Origin: an uncultured Bacteroidales bacterium
Lineage (GTDB): Bacteria > Bacteroidota > Bacteroidia > Bacteroidales > B18-G4
NCBI GenBank assembly: GCA_963753055.1
Contig: CAVWAP010000004.1
Coordinates: forward strand, 181,550-245,549
Reading direction: 5' to 3'
Length of the DNA: 64,000 nucleotides
Below are positions 59,047-64,000 of the stretch, piece by piece; positions within the stretch are counted from its first letter, which is position 1, and each line of letters starts with the position of its first letter. The notes under the pieces are model-generated. The model was not told the DNA's origin, searched no databases, and saw only the letters and a list, made by a program, of their open reading frames with translations. The translations under genes were made by a program, and so were the position numbers.

Positions 59047-60980
59047 TCTGGCTTGCCAGGCCCCGGCGGCTTCGTAGTACCGGAGAACCTGTTAGGTTAT
59101 AATGTATACCGTGACATGGAGAATATCGCTTACGTACCTTACGCTGGCGAAGACACAGCCAACTACTATGACCTTGGACTTGATCCACTGACCTACCAGT
59201 ATGATGTAACAGCCCTTTACGACCTTGGTCGTTATGGCTTCCCGGGCGACACCGGCGAATCCATGTATGAAGGACCGTTCATTATCCAGGTACTTTATGG
59301 TTATCCATTACCATTCCAGGAGTACTGGGTGAGTGGAGGCTTTGATGTTAACCAGTGGTCACCAGAAGGCAACTGGACTGTCAACGGCCAGACAGGTAAT
59401 CCTGAGCCGGCAACTGAGTTCACCTGGGATCCGGTATTGACTGACTATCGTTCAGCCCTGAGCAGCTTCCCATTGGATGGCATCGGCCTGGTAGGCGATC
59501 CATACATTGATGGTTGTATCTGGTTTGAATATGATGTTAAACTGGATGACCGCAACATGACAGGACTCGAAAGCCTGACCATTGAAGTAGGAAACCAGAA
59601 TGGATGGCATTCACTAGCTACTTACGACAATGCAGACGGTAGTTTTGACTGGACCCATGAGATGTTTGATATCACAGAATGGTCCTTCGGCCAGATATTC
59701 CGCTTGCGGTTTACAGCAGAAGGCGCCAGCTCAGCTGATATCCAGTCATGGTTCCTCGACAATATCGAAGTATACCTGCTCTGTATGCCAGTTACTGATC
59801 TTCTTTCAGATGTTCAAGCTGGATCTGATGTAGAAGTACATCTAAGCTGGACATCACCATACGCTTGTACAGCAGGCGGACCTGGTGGTGGCGAGTGGAT
59901 CTTCTGGGATGATGGTACCAACACAGGCGGCATAGGACTCACAGGCGGTGGTGTATTTAGTGTAGCATCACACTGGGATCCGGATATGCTGACAGCATAT
60001 GACGGCATGGCCATCACCAAGATCAGGTTCATACCTTATGAAAATGCAGCGAATACTGTGATCAATATCAAGGTATGGGAAGGCATCAATGCCGGTACCC
60101 TCATGATAGATCAGGCAGTCACTTCCTACATTGTAAGTGAATGGAACGAGATCGAGCTGGCTTATCCTGTTTATATTGATGTAACTAAGGAACTGTGGTT
60201 CGGTTATACTTGTGATTCACCCGATGGCGAGAACCCGGCAGGTTATGACGCTGGTCCTGCAATAGCAGGTTATGGCGACATGATCACGTTGGATGGAGCC
60301 ACCTGGGATCCGATCTCCAGCTTTGGTGCACAGTTTGACATTAACTGGAACCTGCAGGCATGGGTAACCGTACCTACAGAGACTTCAGCAGCACCAATTC
60401 CAATGGTAGATGTAACTGAATACAGCACACCGGAAGCAACGTTTAACCAGGATGCAGGACAAGCAATTGTATCAGCACCTGTTTACAGCAGCCGTGAGCT
60501 ACAAGGTTACAACATCTATAAGGACGGTGACTTCCTTGATTTCACAGCCGATACATTCTATGTAGATTACATTCCTTACAACAGCGCATTCCCGATGGAC
60601 ATCATGTACGATGTGACTGCTGTATTTGAGGATTGTGAATCTGCACCGGAAGGTGTCATGGTTGAAGTTACAGGCATCGAGGATATTCTTGCAGAAAATA
60701 ACATTGCAGTCTATCCAAACCCTGCCCGTGACGTGCTGAATATCAAGTCAACTGATAATATCACACATATCACGATGATGAATAATGTCGGACAGGTTGT
60801 CCTCAACAAGAAAGTTGCTGATGACAATGTTCTTGAGTTGAATGTAGAAAATTATGAACCAGGACTCTACATGATCAAGATTGAAACTGCTGACAATCTC
60901 GTTATCGAGAAAGTGTTGATAACAAGATAATACTGAAGAATAAGTATTATTTCTTCTAGAATCTAGTAACACGATGATTC

Positions 60981-61013
60981 AACGGTCCCGCATTTTGCGG
61001 GACCGTTTTTTAT
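60981..61013 (+). terminator. rho-independent terminator after paralog 4 (different sequence from the other two)
   Basis: 'aacggtcccgc atttt gcgggaccgtt' followed by 'ttttatttc'. Confidence 0.8.
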
Positions 61014-61025
61014 TTCAGAAAAACG

Positions 61026-61033
61026 TATTTTTG
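61026..61033 (+). promoter_or_regulatory. candidate -7 promoter box for the ABC-F gene
   Basis: 'TATTTTTG' matches TAnnTTTG. The ATG at 61059 is 25 nt downstream. Confidence 0.4.
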
Positions 61034-61058
61034 CCAGTCCATAACAATTCTTCCGGCC

Positions 61059-63017
61059 ATGATCTCAGTTAAAAATATATCTGTCCATTTCTCTGGTGAA
61101 TACCTTTTCCGGAATGTTTCCTTTCTGATAAGGCACAGGGACAGAATTGGGCTGGTGGGTAGAAACGGGTCTGGCAAAACAACCCTGCTGAATATCATCG
61201 CAGGTCTCTTTACACCTGAGACAGGCGAGGCAATAATTCCAGGTGAGACCAGGATTGGTTACCTTCCACAGGAAAAAGAAATTAACTCCAGCAAGAGCAT
61301 CTATGATGAAGTGATAACTGCGTTCTCAGAAATCATGGCCCTTCAGCAACGTATTGAGGATCTGAATATTGAGATTGGCCAACGAGAAGATTATCAATCA
61401 GCTGCCTATCAGAAGATGATTGAAGAGATAGCTGAGCTGAATGAACAATACCAGATCATGGGAGGGGAGCAGGTTCAGGCAAATGCAGAGAAAGTACTTA
61501 CCGGGCTTGGTTTTGAACGCAGTGATTTTAATAACCCAATGACTACCTTCAGCCAGGGATGGCAAATGCGTGTTGAGCTTGCAAAGATATTGCTTGCCAC
61601 ACCGGAGGTCCTGCTGCTTGATGAGCCCACCAACCACCTGGACATTGAATCAATACAATGGCTTGAGGAGTTTTTAATCAATTATAATGGAGCCGTCATT
61701 CTTGTATCACACGACAGGGCGTTTCTTGATAATGTAACCAAAAGGACCATCGAGATCTCTGATCAGAAGATATATGATTATAAAGCAAGCTATTCTGAAT
61801 ACATATTGATCAGGGAGGAAAGACTTGTAAATCAGATTGCTACATTTAACAACCAGCAGAAGCAGATCAAGCAGATTGAAAGATTCGTAGAGCGGTTCAG
61901 GTATAAAAATACAAAGGCCAGGCAGGTACAATCCAGGATAAAGATGCTGGATAAAATGCCTAATATCGATATTGAAGGCATAGATGAAACAACTTTTTCT
62001 TTCAGGTTCCCACCTGCCCCCAGAGGTGGTAAAGTTACAGTTGAGGCAAAGAACCTTGTTAAAAAGTATGATGAGAAACTGGTTCTGGATCAGATTAATA
62101 CTTCTATTATTAGTAAGGACAAAATAGCTTTTGTTGGAAAGAATGGAGAAGGAAAGTCAACCTTATCAAAGATCTTCGCCAGGAAGCTTGCATTTGAAGG
62201 GAATGTCAAATATGGGCACCAGATCAGCATCGGTTATTATGCCCAGGATCAAACTGAAATGCTTGATGGAACAAAGACAGTTTTTGAAACGATTGATGAT
62301 ATTGCGGTCGGGGATATGCGGCCCAAGGTTAGGAACATACTCGGCACTTTCCTGTTTAGTGGCGATTCAATAGATAAAAAAGTCAGGGTGCTTTCTGGTG
62401 GAGAGAAGTCCAGGCTGTCACTTGCAAAGCTACTTCTCACACCGGTTAATTTGTTGATCCTGGATGAGCCAACTAACCATCTTGATATGCGTTCAAAGGA
62501 TATGCTGAAGAATGCCCTGCTGCAATATGATGGCACCTTGATCCTGGTTTCACATGACAGGGATTTCCTGCAGGGACTGACAAATAAAGTTTTTGAGTTT
62601 AAGAATAAGCAAATCAAGGAATACCTGGGTGATATTTATGATTTTCTTGAATCCAGAAGAATGCAAAGCCTCAAAGAGCTGGAAAAGAAGAAAATAATTG
62701 CCTCAAACCAGAATTCAAAGTCTTCCCGGCAAAAGGAACTATGGGTAAGGAACAAGTCTCTGGATAAAGATATCCGAAAGGCTGGCAACCAGATTACTAA
62801 ACTTGAAAGCCAGATAGAAGCAGATGAGCAGGAAATATCTTCCTATGATGCTCTTTTAATTGATCCCGTAAAGAACCAGGAAATTATTGAGAAAGACAAT
62901 GTATATAAAAAGTATGAGGATGTTAAGAAGAGACATGAAAAGCACATGATTACCTGGGAAAGTCTTCATTCTGAGCTGGAACAGCTTCAGGAGCAAAAAT
63001 ACCAGTTAAATCGTTAA
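61059..63017 (+). CDS. ABC-F family ATPase (two ABC domains plus C-terminal coiled coil)
   Basis: 652 aa. Walker A 'GRNGSGKTT' and 'GKNGEGKST'; signatures 'FSQGWQMRVELAKIL' and 'LSGGEKSRLSLAKLL'. No TM domain. Lys/Glu-rich helical tail. Confidence 0.9.
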   Translation: MISVKNISVHFSGEYLFRNVSFLIRHRDRIGLVGRNGSGKTTLLNIIAGLFTPETGEAIIPGETRIGYLPQEKEINSSKSIYDEVITAFSEIMALQQRIEDLNIEIGQREDYQSAAYQKMIEEIAELNEQYQIMGGEQVQANAEKVLTGLGFERSDFNNPMTTFSQGWQMRVELAKILLATPEVLLLDEPTNHLDIESIQWLEEFLINYNGAVILVSHDRAFLDNVTKRTIEISDQKIYDYKASYSEYILIREERLVNQIATFNNQQKQIKQIERFVERFRYKNTKARQVQSRIKMLDKMPNIDIEGIDETTFSFRFPPAPRGGKVTVEAKNLVKKYDEKLVLDQINTSIISKDKIAFVGKNGEGKSTLSKIFARKLAFEGNVKYGHQISIGYYAQDQTEMLDGTKTVFETIDDIAVGDMRPKVRNILGTFLFSGDSIDKKVRVLSGGEKSRLSLAKLLLTPVNLLILDEPTNHLDMRSKDMLKNALLQYDGTLILVSHDRDFLQGLTNKVFEFKNKQIKEYLGDIYDFLESRRMQSLKELEKKKIIASNQNSKSSRQKELWVRNKSLDKDIRKAGNQITKLESQIEADEQEISSYDALLIDPVKNQEIIEKDNVYKKYEDVKKRHEKHMITWESLHSELEQLQEQKYQLNR

Positions 63018-63027
63018 ATTAATACTC

Positions 63028-63999
63028 CTACCTCTCCCTCTTCATTATTTTGCCAGTGAATTCCCGTAGTACCTGTTTATCCTGTTCCGGGACATTAATC
63101 TTTTCAAGAGCTGCAATGGCCAGCTTATAGTATTGATCAATCCTGTCTTCGGTATGTATATCTATCCTTAATTCTCTGAATATGTCAATTACCCTGTCTA
63201 TTTTTTTATCATTATCAGATACAGATAAGTATAGATCCTTTAAAGTTTCTTTCTTCTCATTATCAGCAAGTTCCAGGGCTTTAAGGTACAGGTAAGTCTT
63301 TTTGTTTGAAGCAATATCACCACCGGTCCGTTTACCAAAAACCTGCTCATCTCCAAAAGTATCCAGCAGGTCATCTTTTAATTGAAAAGCAAGGCCAAGA
63401 TTAATTCCAAATTCCCAGATCAAATCAAAATCTTCCTGTCTGGCACCTGCTATTATAGCGCCCAGTTGGGTAGAACAACCAAGTAGCACTGCTGTCTTCA
63501 ACCTGATCATTTCCAGGTACTCAGATATGCTAACCTCTGCCTGATTCTCAAAATTCATATCCATCTGCTGGCCTTCGCAAACCTCGATTGCAGTCTGGTT
63601 GAAGATCTCAAGGATCAGGGAGATATCGGCATGATTTCTTTTGGCAATGTATTTATTGGCCAATGCGAACATTGTATCGCCAGACAAAATGGCAATGTTT
63701 TCATTCCATTTCTGATACACCGTTTCTTTACCACGTCGTATAGCAGCTTTATCCATGATATCATCATGGATAAGGGTAAAATTGTGGAATAACTCAACAG
63801 CAATGGCCGGATTAATGGCATCTTCAACCGATCCGCCGAGAAGATCACAGGTCATCAATAACAACAGCGGACGTAATCTTTTGCCATTTTGATTTATCGC
63901 ATAATCAATTGGCTGGTACAACTCTTCAGGAGAACCGGTAAAAGATTCCTGCTTTAATGCATTCTCAAATTGTTGGTGTAATTCAGCAGCACTCTTCAT
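63028..63999 (-). CDS. polyprenyl diphosphate synthase family protein
   Basis: 323 aa. First Asp-rich motif 'LIHDDIMD' and second 'QLKDDLLD'. Start codon at 63997-63999. Confidence 0.9.
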   Translation of the reverse strand: MKSAAELHQQFENALKQESFTGSPEELYQPIDYAINQNGKRLRPLLLLMTCDLLGGSVEDAINPAIAVELFHNFTLIHDDIMDKAAIRRGKETVYQKWNENIAILSGDTMFALANKYIAKRNHADISLILEIFNQTAIEVCEGQQMDMNFENQAEVSISEYLEMIRLKTAVLLGCSTQLGAIIAGARQEDFDLIWEFGINLGLAFQLKDDLLDTFGDEQVFGKRTGGDIASNKKTYLYLKALELADNEKKETLKDLYLSVSDNDKKIDRVIDIFRELRIDIHTEDRIDQYYKLAIAALEKINVPEQDKQVLREFTGKIMKRER

Positions 64000-64000
64000 G

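Larger units (their letters stand above)
35970..60930 (+). repeat. three tandem gene-sized repeat units (paralogs 2, 3, 4)
   Basis: Stop-to-stop spacing is 8239 and 8322 nt; start-to-start spacing is 8684 and 8308 nt. The 3' ~5 kb of each unit (about 39400-44369, 47640-52608, 55960-60930) is very similar, with tracts I read as base-identical. Paralogs 2 and 4 keep a constant offset of 16561 nt from at least 41793 to the stop codon. Confidence 0.9.
52962..60930 (+). pseudogene. giant T9SS cargo gene, paralog 4 (~2650 codons) with a single +1 frameshift near 53790
   Basis: ORFs 52962-53834 and 53701-60930 join at 'GFAITTT|DPSGYYSLLQLPGGNQEMFATKQGYN'. An extra base in 'acaacaact-a-gatccc' causes the shift. 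Signal peptide 'LVVLLSVSIMSAQ'. The architecture otherwise looks intact: MAM-like head, GEVED in slot 1, NIDO-like module in slot 2, and CTD at 60703-60927. Confidence 0.85.
53701..60930 (+). pseudogene. paralog 4 fragment 2/2 (2409-aa open frame; remainder of the protein)
   Basis: Meaningful sequence starts about 53791 ('DPSGYYSLLQLPGG...'). The first ~30 codons of the ORF are out-of-frame overlap with fragment 1. Confidence 0.85.

Noticed and set aside
28659-60930. A mobile island, prophage or diversity-generating retroelement driving the variation.
   Set aside because: There is no integrase, transposase, reverse transcriptase, tRNA target or flanking direct repeat. Differences between copies that I inspected include all substitution types and whole-domain swaps, not adenine-specific template/variable-repeat changes.

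Overview
This is a chromosomal segment of a Bacteroidota-type genome. The evidence is A-rich leaders without Shine-Dalgarno sequences, TAnnTTTG-type -7 boxes, and seven proteins ending in type-A T9SS C-terminal sorting domains (CTDs).

Bases 1-24,600 are ordinary. They carry thiL, uvrC, a dodecin, a three-gene RND efflux operon (adaptor, pump, TolC), rsmA, a TPR protein, a SIMPL protein, serS, rplU-rpmA and an EamA transporter. Three secreted proteins are interspersed: two sortilin/BNR-type propeller proteins and one beta-helix protein.

Bases 24,667-60,930 are dominated by T9SS cargo. First comes an ~805-codon cargo gene broken by two frameshifts, then an aldehyde dehydrogenase. After that come four head-to-tail giant paralogous genes: 2311 aa, 2799 aa, ~2650 codons in at least 6 open fragments, and ~2650 codons in 2 fragments. 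Together they fill half the window.

The giants share one colinear scaffold of lectin-like, Ig/FN3-like and CarboxypepD_reg-like domains. They differ by whole-domain cassettes at the N-terminal head and at two internal slots. Their 3' halves are nearly identical in a patchwork pattern that indicates gene conversion. I recognised no catalytic domain, mobile-element gene, CRISPR array, tRNA or rRNA.

All 13 single-nucleotide frame disruptions I found lie in three of these cargo genes. None lies in the rest of the window. This is either real decay (possibly silent-cassette behaviour) or a consensus artefact in repeats.

The window ends with an ABC-F ATPase and a polyprenyl synthetase. All domain names are motif-level calls from reading the translations. 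No database search was run.
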